NCBI GenBank assembly: GCA_035289645.1
Contig: DATDWL010000004.1
Span: 29,614 to 93,613, forward strand
DNA: 64,000 nt
Reading direction: 5' to 3'
Source of the DNA: Candidatus Peribacterales bacterium
GTDB taxonomy: Bacteria; Patescibacteriota; Gracilibacteria; Peribacterales; Peribacteraceae
This document shows, piece after piece, positions 18,274-27,014 of the stretch (its first letter is position 1; every line of letters starts with the position of its first letter). The translations under genes and the position numbers were made by a program. The notes under the pieces are model-generated. The model worked only from the letters and a program-made list of their open reading frames with translations, searched no databases and was not told the origin of the DNA.

Positions 18274-19595
18274 AAGCGGCACGCAGACGGGGCATCTTCA
18301 TGACATGCATTTTTCTTTCCCTTTTTCCTTTTTCCCTTCTCCACGCCGCACCCGCATCACTCCAATATCAGTACGGTGAACAGGTCTTTACAATCGAACC
18401 GCAGAAGTCATGGCTGGAAGCGAAGGATGTACCGATGTATCGCGGCAGGGAACTTCGCTTTGCAACCGGAGAATCATTGCCACACGGCGTTGTGATGGAG
18501 AAGAAGCAAACATGGAGCAAAGCAAAAATAGCCTCCATGCTGGATCGGACCATCGGTGCGGTGATCAACCGAGAAGCGGGAAGCGTGCGCATTCACCGTG
18601 ATACAAATGACGCCATCGTCTTCGATGGTCTTGGCTTAAATGGCAGATTGCTTGATCTTGATCGAACAGCCGAACTCACGCTGCTCGCACTCGAACAGAA
18701 TATTTCCGTCATTCAACTCCCCATAACAGAAACCGAGCCAGAGGTTGTTGTGGAGGATCCGGAATTGCAGGCAATGGGAATCGCAGAGCTCATCACGATT
18801 GGCGAATCGGATTATGCGGGATCGCCGAAAAACAGAATTCACAATATCGCGGTCGGACTCGCGCGTTTTAACGGGCAAATTATCCCGAAAGACGAGGAGT
18901 TCTCGTTCGGGAAAATCCTCGGTCCTGTGAACGCGAAAACAGGCTACCTGCCGGAGCTGACGATTCTTGGAGACAAGACGCTGCCGGAATTCGGAGGCGG
19001 TCTCTGCCAAGTGAGCACGACCGCCTACCGAGGCGCATGGCGAGCGGGACTCCCGATTACGGCGCGCAGAAACCATAGCTATGCCGTGCGTTTCTACTTT
19101 CCTCCGGGAACGGATGCGACGGTGTACCCTCCATGGACCGATATGCGATTCATGAATGATACGGCGGGCGCTATTCTCGTCCAAACACATCACGAAAATA
19201 ACAAAGCATATTTCCTCTATTACGGAACAAAGCCGAAAGAACGGAGTGTCGAACTCGTTGGACCGTTTACATGGGATCCGATTGCCCCTCCGCCGGATCG
19301 CATTGAATACACGACAGAACTACCGCTCGGCGAATCACGAGTGCTGAGCAAACGCGTTCCCGGCATGAAAGCAATGTGGTACAGAATCATTACAGATGAA
19401 GGCATGGATGCGGAACCGGAGCAATTCGCGTCGTACTACGAGGCTCGTCCGTACTACGAGGAAATCGGCATGGGTGCATCTCCTCCCGGCATTGTGAAAA
19501 CGCCGGAGAAGAATGTAATTCGTCTGAGCGAAGAAACCACGATCACCCTTCCACGCGATGGGAGAACAGGACCAAGAATCAGAATACGGCGTTAA
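18267..19595 (+). CDS. VanW family protein
   Basis: NRIHNI, FSF..ILGP...TGY, GGGLCQVSTT.Y, R.NHS...Y..G.DAT. Confidence 0.9.
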   Translation: MTQAARRRGIFMTCIFLSLFPFSLLHAAPASLQYQYGEQVFTIEPQKSWLEAKDVPMYRGRELRFATGESLPHGVVMEKKQTWSKAKIASMLDRTIGAVINREAGSVRIHRDTNDAIVFDGLGLNGRLLDLDRTAELTLLALEQNISVIQLPITETEPEVVVEDPELQAMGIAELITIGESDYAGSPKNRIHNIAVGLARFNGQIIPKDEEFSFGKILGPVNAKTGYLPELTILGDKTLPEFGGGLCQVSTTAYRGAWRAGLPITARRNHSYAVRFYFPPGTDATVYPPWTDMRFMNDTAGAILVQTHHENNKAYFLYYGTKPKERSVELVGPFTWDPIAPPPDRIEYTTELPLGESRVLSKRVPGMKAMWYRIITDEGMDAEPEQFASYYEARPYYEEIGMGASPPGIVKTPEKNVIRLSEETTITLPRDGRTGPRIRIRR

Positions 19596-20214
19596 GCGCA
19601 GCCGGCGCTTTTAACGGATAGGAGAGGTGATCGCAGAGCAGCGAGTCGCACACGCGGAAGAGCGTTTGCTTCTCTGTATCATCAAGCTGCATCGCCGCTC
19701 GATCTTTGAACGAGCACGGTGCAGTAACATACGCATAAAATGCCGGCGAATGGGATGCATCGACAAAAGATGGCAAAAGACCAAGTTCCTTAAAAAGCAT
19801 CACTTGGAACGTTGGAAGTAGAATCTCGGTCGCACCAGAATGGCACTCCGCAAAAAAATCCAACGCAAGAGTAAAGATTGATTCCTGAGGTTGCGTGTCA
19901 TGCAAAAAATGAAGCAGGAGTTCGGCTCCGCGGTTCGCCAAAGAAAAGCATCGCAAATCCGAACGAATAGAATCGAAGGATTCCACGCACTGGGCAGAGC
20001 GAACGTAAAAACCGGAGGAGTGCTCTGCAAGATCAACACGAAGATGCCGAAAAGATTGCAAAGCTCCCGCGAGCTTGCTCTGCGCCTTGCGGGATCCCTT
20101 GGCAATGGCAGTCATGCGTCCGTCGGTTTTCGTGAGGAGGACGCAGAATCTATCCGCATCGCCGATATCGTATGCCTTCAAAACCAGCGCATCGGTCGTA
20201 CGAATGCGACTCAT
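19579..20214 (-). CDS. recO: DNA repair protein RecO
   Basis: ALVLKAYDIGDADRFCVLLT..DG....AKGSRK..SKL. Confidence 0.88.
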   Translation of the reverse strand: MSRIRTTDALVLKAYDIGDADRFCVLLTKTDGRMTAIAKGSRKAQSKLAGALQSFRHLRVDLAEHSSGFYVRSAQCVESFDSIRSDLRCFSLANRGAELLLHFLHDTQPQESIFTLALDFFAECHSGATEILLPTFQVMLFKELGLLPSFVDASHSPAFYAYVTAPCSFKDRAAMQLDDTEKQTLFRVCDSLLCDHLSYPLKAPAALNAVF

Positions 20215-21062
20215 ATCGCGCTCGTACGGAATAATGGATGCAGAGTGGAGGCAGCAACAAGAATGAGGAGCGCGCAAAACAAGACAGCCTCAGCGATAAT
20301 AGCAATAAAAAAATCGGTTGCGGTCGGCAACGCCATGCCGAGTGCGATCATTGCCACCCCCGCACCGATGATGGCACAGATCCACGCAGGAAGGAGAATG
20401 CGTGCGCCCTCGCGCATGCATGGAACAAGTGCCGTGCGCATACCAGCGCCAAAAAGTTGCAGGAGCCTGCTCTCGTTCACGCACTGCCGTCGCGCAATGT
20501 GGAAGAGGAGAAAAAGCGGAGTAAGGAGCAATGTCCCAAATGCAATAAATGATGCAAAGTCCGCCGTACGATTCGCATACATCATGCGATCCTCGGTTGC
20601 AACGCGCAGTGCAGGAAGAAGAGAGAGTGCGGAGGGAACAAGAATATCACGAAGTTCTGGCCGTTGGAGGAACGAAAATACCGTATCGAAATCCGCAAGC
20701 GAGCGAAGAGAAATTTCCACCTGATCGGTAGCGCTATCGACAGACCCGCCTGCGCTCGGCTCAATACTGGAGCGGGCATTCACAGTATGAATATGCGGCA
20801 ACGAAAGCAGCGCTTGCAGGAACATCTGCTTTTGTTCGGAAGTTATTCCAGAATCAAGCGCAACCACAAACGGAGTACGGTGAAGTGACCGAACCGCATC
20901 TTCACTGTGCGTTCTCATCGCGAGCGCGACATGGAAAATCGTGAGGAGGCCTGCAACAAAAAGAATCGATCCGAAAAACGCAACGCGAGTGGTTTGAGTT
21001 GCTCTTATATTTATATGACGCCGCGGAAAAATTTCGCGGAGCATTCGTTTGGAATGCCCCAT
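20211..21062 (-). CDS. FtsX-like permease family membrane protein
   Basis: TM, loop, three TM layout with E..LLQLFGA....LVP...EG. Confidence 0.55.
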   Translation of the reverse strand: MGHSKRMLREIFPRRHINIRATQTTRVAFFGSILFVAGLLTIFHVALAMRTHSEDAVRSLHRTPFVVALDSGITSEQKQMFLQALLSLPHIHTVNARSSIEPSAGGSVDSATDQVEISLRSLADFDTVFSFLQRPELRDILVPSALSLLPALRVATEDRMMYANRTADFASFIAFGTLLLTPLFLLFHIARRQCVNESRLLQLFGAGMRTALVPCMREGARILLPAWICAIIGAGVAMIALGMALPTATDFFIAIIAEAVLFCALLILVAASTLHPLFRTSAI

Positions 21063-21140
21063 GTCGGACCGCAACATGGCTGAGAGAATGGCTGGCACAG
21101 CGAAAGAATACCACGGCACAGCCAGGCGAACGAAGCCGCA

Positions 21141-21734
21141 TTAGATCGCCTTCTGTTCTATTCCTCGTATTCGCCTCATCTTCTCCAAACAATCTTTCGC
21201 GCGTTCATTCTCCGGCTCAAAATCAAGTACGCGTTCGAAAAGCGAATAGGCTTTATTCATATTTTTCGCCTCCATGTAGCACATGCCAAGATCGCATAGG
21301 CACAGCGTGCTCTCGGAATCCAAATTGAGCGCCCGCTCGAGCGTGACGATTCCCTGCACCTTCTCTCCTTTACAAAACAAAACCCACCCGAGGCAACGAA
21401 GGATCTCCGCATTGCTCGGCTTTAACTCATTCGCTTTCTTCAGTGCGGGTTCGGCCAGAACCCATTCCTTCCTGACCGAGGCAACGAATCCCAAGATGTA
21501 ATGTCCCATGTAACTTTGCGGATCGAGAGCCACGGCCTGTTTTGCTGCTTTCTCCGCACGATCATAGCGCTCGAGTGAGAGTTCGTTATCCGCAAGTTCT
21601 TCGAGTGCGGCAATATTTGCAGGATCATTAAGCAATAATCCCTCGAGCAAGGAAATTGATTCCTCATGCTGGCAACCGAGCTTTAACTTCTCCGCCTCCT
21701 CCAGAATGCGCACGGCTTGGTCATCGAATGACAT
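21141..21734 (-). CDS. Tetratricopeptide repeat protein
   Basis: Several TPR-like units (A..LDP, LG...A...L.KA..L.P). Confidence 0.88.
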   Translation of the reverse strand: MSFDDQAVRILEEAEKLKLGCQHEESISLLEGLLLNDPANIAALEELADNELSLERYDRAEKAAKQAVALDPQSYMGHYILGFVASVRKEWVLAEPALKKANELKPSNAEILRCLGWVLFCKGEKVQGIVTLERALNLDSESTLCLCDLGMCYMEAKNMNKAYSLFERVLDFEPENERAKDCLEKMRRIRGIEQKAI

Positions 21735-21886
21735 GCGTATTAGCGTAGGCTGCTGATGAAAGGGATGCAAGAAAAGAAGAGAAAAAATGAAAAATGCGGA
21801 ATTCTTAAGATTCCATTGCATACTCTATGCTCCAATCAAACTTCAGAACCCCTCTACCTCCAAACCTCTAAACCACCCCACCCCAC

Positions 21887-22684
21887 TCATCCAAGCGCCA
21901 TCACCGCTTCCCGGTATCCTGCAGGAGTCCCTGTGTCGTATCGCTTTCCTTCGAAAAGGTAACCGCAGACGGGTGTCTTCCCAAGCGATGCAACCAATCC
22001 ATCGATAATCCGCACTTCGCCTCCATGGGAAGTGCCAATGGCGGCAAGCGAATCGAATATGTTCCGCGGCAGAATATAACGACCCACAATGCCAAACGTA
22101 CTTGGCGCATTTTCGGGCAATGGTTTCTCGACCAATCCTCGAATAATTTTCAAACGGTTGTCCGATGGTTCCACATCCGCAATGCCATAGGACGATACTT
22201 TTTCGTGCGGAATATCCTCCAAGCAAAGTATGGCACCGATCGCACTATGATCTTTCAGTTGCACGAGACCCGGCGTCTGATGAACGATCAGATCATCGCC
22301 AAAGAGAACGGCAACATGATCCGATTCCACCCAGTCACGGGCTTGGAGAATGGCATGTCCATCTCCCAATTGTTCTTCCTGATACACCACATGAAAATTG
22401 ATGGAATTGTAGCGAGTCAACTCCTCCAGCAAATGGATCTTGCCGCGACGGGCAAGCTCCTCTTCCAGTGCGCTATCTTCATAAAAGTATTCCGCAATAG
22501 CCTCTTTGCCTTTACTGATGACAAAACAGATATCGGTGATGCCGGCCGAAATACATTCATCCACAAGCAGCGCCACAATCGGCTTATTGCCGATCGGCAA
22601 CATTTCCTTCGGCATGACCTTGGTCCATGGCAGAAACCGAGTGCCAAGTCCTGCAAGCGGGAGAATCGCTTGGGTGAGCTTCAT
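21887..22684 (-). CDS. galU: UTP--glucose-1-phosphate uridylyltransferase
   Basis: AILPLAGLGTRFLPWTK..PKEMLP, VEKP...APS....GRY. Confidence 0.92.
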   Translation of the reverse strand: MKLTQAILPLAGLGTRFLPWTKVMPKEMLPIGNKPIVALLVDECISAGITDICFVISKGKEAIAEYFYEDSALEEELARRGKIHLLEELTRYNSINFHVVYQEEQLGDGHAILQARDWVESDHVAVLFGDDLIVHQTPGLVQLKDHSAIGAILCLEDIPHEKVSSYGIADVEPSDNRLKIIRGLVEKPLPENAPSTFGIVGRYILPRNIFDSLAAIGTSHGGEVRIIDGLVASLGKTPVCGYLFEGKRYDTGTPAGYREAVMALG

Positions 22685-22708
22685 AGGAAGCCTATGGTAG
22701 CGGAAATG

Positions 22709-22801
22709 AGGGCTGGTGCTAGAGCTGGGGTTAGGGACACATATATAAACTGGACCGAGGCCATTGCATTTAGTTCAAGCCCTAGCCCAAGCCCTAGCCC
22801 C
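22709..22801. repeat. Inverted pair of degenerate 6-mer tandem arrays
   Basis: gggctg gtgcta gagctg gggtta ggg ... agttca agccct agccca agccct agcccc. Confidence 0.7.
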
Positions 22802-22824
22802 GTATTTATGATATAATACCTAGA

Positions 22825-24498
22825 ATGCACAAACCGAACCCAACGGCTCTCCGCGTCGCATACTTTACGATGGAAATCGGCCTCGAGAGTGATATTCCAA
22901 CCTACGCAGGGGGTCTTGGCATGCTCGCTGCGGATATCATGCGATCATGCGCGGATATGCATGTGCCGGCGCTTGGTATGACGATCTGTTGGCAACACGG
23001 CTACATGCGCCAGAAGATCAATCAGAATGGAACGCAGGCGTACGAAGATATCACATGGGACCCGTCCGGCTCTATGGAGCAGCTACAGGAGAAAGTCGTG
23101 GTAAAGATCGAAGGAAGAAACGTTGTGATTGGTGGATGGCGATATGCACTAAAAAATATCCCCATCATCTTCCTCGACACAAACCTTTCGGAAAATGCAC
23201 CGGAAGACCGCGCCATCACCGAGCACCTTTACGGCGGCGATGGCGCCATGAGGTTGAAACAAGAACTCGTCCTTGGCATCGGCGGCGTAAAAATGTTGCG
23301 CGCACTCGGCTATGGATCAGATGATGTCGGCACCTACCACATGAACGAAGGACATGCGGCTTTTCTTACGCTGGAACTTTTACGCGAGCGGGATTTTAAG
23401 GATGAGAATGTACGGAAATCCTGCGCATTCACGACGCACACCCCGATTGCAGCAGGACACGATTATTTTGATTACGACCTCGCATGGAGAATATGCGGCG
23501 ATATTCTGCCGTGGCACATTAAAAATCTCGCAGGTCAGGATCGCCTCGGTATGACACAGCTTGCGATGCACTTAAGCCATTACACGTGCGGCGTGTCGCA
23601 AGTGCATGGGGAAGTCTCCCGCAAAATGTTTCCGGGGGAAGCAATCGATGCCATCACCAACGGCATACACCACACAACATGGGTATCGCCCGAAATGGCA
23701 ACGCTCTTTGATGCACACACGAAGGGATGGAGGGAGGATCCGCTCGTTCTTGCAGCACACTGCCGCAAAATCCCTGATGCAGAATTGTGGAAGGCACACA
23801 TGAGCGCGAAGAAGCGCTTGATAGATGAAGTAAATAAACACACGGCCATTCCTTTTAATCCCGAAATCCTCACCATTGCCTCCGCACGCCGCATCGTGAG
23901 CTACAAGCGTCCCGAGCTCCTCTACGAAAACCTGGATCGCCTGCGCGAGGTCTGCCAAGGCAAGGTGCAAATCATCCACGCCGGGAACGCACACCCTGCC
24001 GATCGCTTTGCACAGGAAGTGATTCAGCGAATGATCGAGCGATCGCAGCACCTCAAAGGTGTTCTGCGCATCGTGTACCTGCCAAACTACAATCCCGATC
24101 TTGCGAAGCTCCTCGTGCAGGGGGCGGATATCTGGCTCAATACTCCCATGCGTCTGCATGAAGCCTCGGGTACCTCCGGTATGAAAGCATGTCTGAACGG
24201 AGTGATGAATTTGAGCACGCTCGACGGATGGTGGATCGAAGCGTACGAACAGGATCCAGAAGCCGGCTGGCGCATCGGTCCGCTTGCCCCTGCGCACGAT
24301 TCATCCGAACACAGGAAAATTGATGCAGAAGATATTTATACCGAACTCCAGTACCAAATCATTCCAGAGTACGAGTACGAAGGGAGAACGCGCTGGATTC
24401 GGAGGATGAAGCGCGCAATCGGACTCATCGGATACTTTAATACCAACCGATGCGTCGAGGAGTACCTCGATCGTGCGTGGAATACTCAGTCAAACTAA
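22825..24498 (+). CDS. glgP: Alpha-glucan (glycogen) phosphorylase
   Basis: YAGGLG.LA, HMNEGH, FTTHTP, EASGTSGMKA..NG. Confidence 0.94.
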   Translation: MHKPNPTALRVAYFTMEIGLESDIPTYAGGLGMLAADIMRSCADMHVPALGMTICWQHGYMRQKINQNGTQAYEDITWDPSGSMEQLQEKVVVKIEGRNVVIGGWRYALKNIPIIFLDTNLSENAPEDRAITEHLYGGDGAMRLKQELVLGIGGVKMLRALGYGSDDVGTYHMNEGHAAFLTLELLRERDFKDENVRKSCAFTTHTPIAAGHDYFDYDLAWRICGDILPWHIKNLAGQDRLGMTQLAMHLSHYTCGVSQVHGEVSRKMFPGEAIDAITNGIHHTTWVSPEMATLFDAHTKGWREDPLVLAAHCRKIPDAELWKAHMSAKKRLIDEVNKHTAIPFNPEILTIASARRIVSYKRPELLYENLDRLREVCQGKVQIIHAGNAHPADRFAQEVIQRMIERSQHLKGVLRIVYLPNYNPDLAKLLVQGADIWLNTPMRLHEASGTSGMKACLNGVMNLSTLDGWWIEAYEQDPEAGWRIGPLAPAHDSSEHRKIDAEDIYTELQYQIIPEYEYEGRTRWIRRMKRAIGLIGYFNTNRCVEEYLDRAWNTQSN

Positions 24499-24531
24499 AT
24501 TGATTGAAACCAATGTGCAAAGAAGCAGCTC

Positions 24532-25677
24532 CTATACATCAAGGAGCGCCTCCTGCATCCGCTTCATATCGCGCTTGCTCACTTCTGGTTTTGGTGCTGT
24601 TAAATCCTCGATTTCACGATCGCGCTCGTCGATATTGGCAATCAAGCGCTTGAGATCAGATGGCCGAAAGTTTGGGAGCCGCATTTTCTCCTTCTCGCGA
24701 TGTACTTCATCGGAAATCTCCGGATAGAGCTTTTTGGCATCGTAAAGCACCGCAGAGCCGCGCTGCGCCATCAAAACATCGAATGCGTTGCGCTCACTGA
24801 TGTGGTAGTCGAGCGATGCCACAAGATGGATGATCTTCTCGCGCTCTTGCGGATCAAGCTGTTCGGCAAATTCATAGGTTGTAATTTTCTTCAGTGATGC
24901 GAGGATCGGCTCAAGGCTCTCGGGGGAAATCACGTAGAACGTTAGTCCATTCTCGGTGAATGACAGTTTTTTGAGTTCGCTGATCGCATCCGTTGGAACG
25001 ACGAAGAATACGGTCGGATAGATGGAGACGTTCCCCTTGTACTTCTCGGCAGTCTTCTTCACATTCGTCGAAATATAATTTTGGAAGTTATCGGAACGGC
25101 TCACCTTGGCATCGAACACGATGTACTGCTTGAGGAACGCAATCATAAAATCAGGCTTCACGCTGCCATCAAACCCATCGGGAAGATTTTTATTATCAAA
25201 CCATGCGAAAGAGGTTTCCGGCTTTTTACAAAGATCGATGAGTGACGCAAGCACGTTTTGCTCATGATCGTTCCACAGGCGATCACGCTCCTCAAGCATT
25301 TTTTGTAAGCGTTCTTCATCGTCGTGGCGAATGCGCATCTTTTCATCCTCAAAACTCTTCTCCGCGCGATGGAGCTTTTGGAGTTGATCATCATGCTCGC
25401 GGCGGCGACGCTCCTCGGATTCTTCGTAGCGGTGGAGTGCGCTACTTTTCTCATCGCGCTCGCGTTGCAGGGATTTATGCTCTGCCTCCAAATCTTTGAA
25501 TCGAGAAAAGAGCTGCTTGCCATTGCCCGCGAGTTCATCTTTTTCCTTCTTTACCTCCTCGATCTGTGATTGGAGTCTGCCAATCTCGCGATTGACTCCT
25601 CCTTCTGTCGTTTGGGATTGTTTCCAAATGAGGAAAGCAAGTGCTGCAAGAATGAGGGCACTAAAAATATAGGTCAT
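24532..25677 (-). CDS. RmuC-like protein (TM anchor, coiled coil, PD-(D/E)XK-type domain)
   Basis: N-terminal TM, long coiled coil, KPDF......IVFDAK, FFVVPT; start at ATG 25677 after TACACT. Confidence 0.7.
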   Translation of the reverse strand: MTYIFSALILAALAFLIWKQSQTTEGGVNREIGRLQSQIEEVKKEKDELAGNGKQLFSRFKDLEAEHKSLQRERDEKSSALHRYEESEERRRREHDDQLQKLHRAEKSFEDEKMRIRHDDEERLQKMLEERDRLWNDHEQNVLASLIDLCKKPETSFAWFDNKNLPDGFDGSVKPDFMIAFLKQYIVFDAKVSRSDNFQNYISTNVKKTAEKYKGNVSIYPTVFFVVPTDAISELKKLSFTENGLTFYVISPESLEPILASLKKITTYEFAEQLDPQEREKIIHLVASLDYHISERNAFDVLMAQRGSAVLYDAKKLYPEISDEVHREKEKMRLPNFRPSDLKRLIANIDERDREIEDLTAPKPEVSKRDMKRMQEALLDV

Positions 25678-25723
25678 GGCGCGCAGTGTAGCACATGGTG
25701 AACAAATGTCCACCATAAATGAC

Positions 25724-26144
25724 ACTTTTCTCGAGCGAGTGAATCCGCCTTTGGCGGATGAACGAGTCGAGAGACAAACCGATGGTACACTGCATTCCTT
25801 ATGTCCACTGGACCCTATTACCTCTACATCATCGAATGTAGTAATGGAAAATACTACACAGGATCGACATCGAATATAGAAAAGCGATGGAAAGAGCACT
25901 GTGATGGGATGGGATGTACCTACACACGGAAATATCCACCAAAAAAACTTGCCTTTGTAAAAGAATTTCAAAGTATCTTTGAAGCTCGTGACAAGGAGAA
26001 GCAAGTGAAAGACTGGAGTCAGGAGAAAAAAAGGAAACTCATTACTGGAGAATGGGAGTAAATGACAAGTCTCTCGACTGCCCGTCACTTACATACATTA
26101 CCTCCATCGTCGGTCACATGTGATATGGATCGCTCGAGAAAAGT
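25724..26144. mobile_element. Putative mini mobile element: GIY-YIG gene between two inverted type B palindromic arms
   Basis: 15-bp perfect terminal IR acttttctcgagcga (25724-25738) / tcgctcgagaaaagt (26130-26144); 11-bp inner IR agtcgagagac (25765-25775) / gtctctcgact (26069-26079). Mobility is inferred. Confidence 0.7.
25801..26061 (+). CDS. Small GIY-YIG nuclease (UPF0213-like)
   Basis: YLYIIECSNGKYYTGST..IEKR..EH..G.G..YT.KY.P......EF.....A...EKQVK.WS..KK..LI. Confidence 0.92.
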   Translation: MSTGPYYLYIIECSNGKYYTGSTSNIEKRWKEHCDGMGCTYTRKYPPKKLAFVKEFQSIFEARDKEKQVKDWSQEKKRKLITGEWE

Positions 26145-26165
26145 TTTGTGTGGCATCAAATTAAT

Positions 26166-26975
26166 TCATCGCGCAGCCGAAGCATCGCAAATCCGCCGAA
26201 ACGGACATATCCTGCATTTCTCACGACTTGGCGTAGGAGCGTAGTCTTTCGAAGAAATCCGCTCAGTGAGGAGACTGATCGATTTTGCAGCGGTATGAAG
26301 CTCCCCTTCTCCGCGCGTTGTCGTCACTTCGACAAGACCTTCCTCCACAAGAAAGAGCATCGTGAGCTCGCTCACCTTTTTGCCAAACGCTTGCTCCGCT
26401 GCGATCGCATACACGCTGAGTTGCAGATCTTGATCGACCTCGGACTGAGAACGCATACTACCCGTTTTAAAATCGATGATACGGAGAGTGCTATCGGGAA
26501 GCTCTTCGATACGATCAAACCTTCCTGTGATGACATTATTGTCATCATGATCGATTGCCATTTTAAATCCCTTCTCCACCGCTACGACCTTCCTCCCCTC
26601 TCGCTTCCACCACTCAAAGAATTTTACGAGCAGCCTCTCGCCACGCGCACGATCAAAATCCACAGCAACTGTGGAATCGTAGCCGGCGATGACGAAGGAT
26701 TCACGCCACAATTCATGTAAGCGGTGAGCGGAAAGCAGGACGCAGTGAGCAGACTGAACACCGCTCTCTTCAAACAAGGTCGTTTGGCTATTAATCGCTA
26801 ATCGCTCTTCGCTTACCGCTTGTTCAATTTTCCCCCATTTTGAAAGGCACGAATGCATACTCACCCCAAAACATCCCTCCGGCGTTAGCGGAGCTTTGAG
26901 TTTTTTGATGAACTCGTACTCGAACTTACGTGGGCAACTGCGAAACGCAGAGAGCTGGGAATAACTGAAAGGCAT
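26166..26975 (-). CDS. PD-(D/E)XK nuclease (RecB/AddB/Cas4-like, 4 Cys)
   Basis: SYSQL..F..CPRK, GRFDRI, IIDFKTG, QL..YA, CRICPFRRIC. Confidence 0.9.
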   Translation of the reverse strand: MPFSYSQLSAFRSCPRKFEYEFIKKLKAPLTPEGCFGVSMHSCLSKWGKIEQAVSEERLAINSQTTLFEESGVQSAHCVLLSAHRLHELWRESFVIAGYDSTVAVDFDRARGERLLVKFFEWWKREGRKVVAVEKGFKMAIDHDDNNVITGRFDRIEELPDSTLRIIDFKTGSMRSQSEVDQDLQLSVYAIAAEQAFGKKVSELTMLFLVEEGLVEVTTTRGEGELHTAAKSISLLTERISSKDYAPTPSREKCRICPFRRICDASAAR

Positions 26976-27014
26976 GAAGACAGCATACCAAGCCTCACAC
27001 GCAATACGCTGAGA

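Noticed and set aside
25678-26088. 137-aa N-terminal extension of the RmuC-like ORF
   Set aside because: It is antisense to the GIY-YIG gene and the repeat arm; ATG 25677 has a -10 box and is followed directly by the TM anchor.
26166-26975. Cas4 / CRISPR adaptation gene
   Set aside because: The 4-Cys PD-(D/E)XK fold is shared with AddB/RecB-type nucleases, and no cas1, cas2 or array is nearby.
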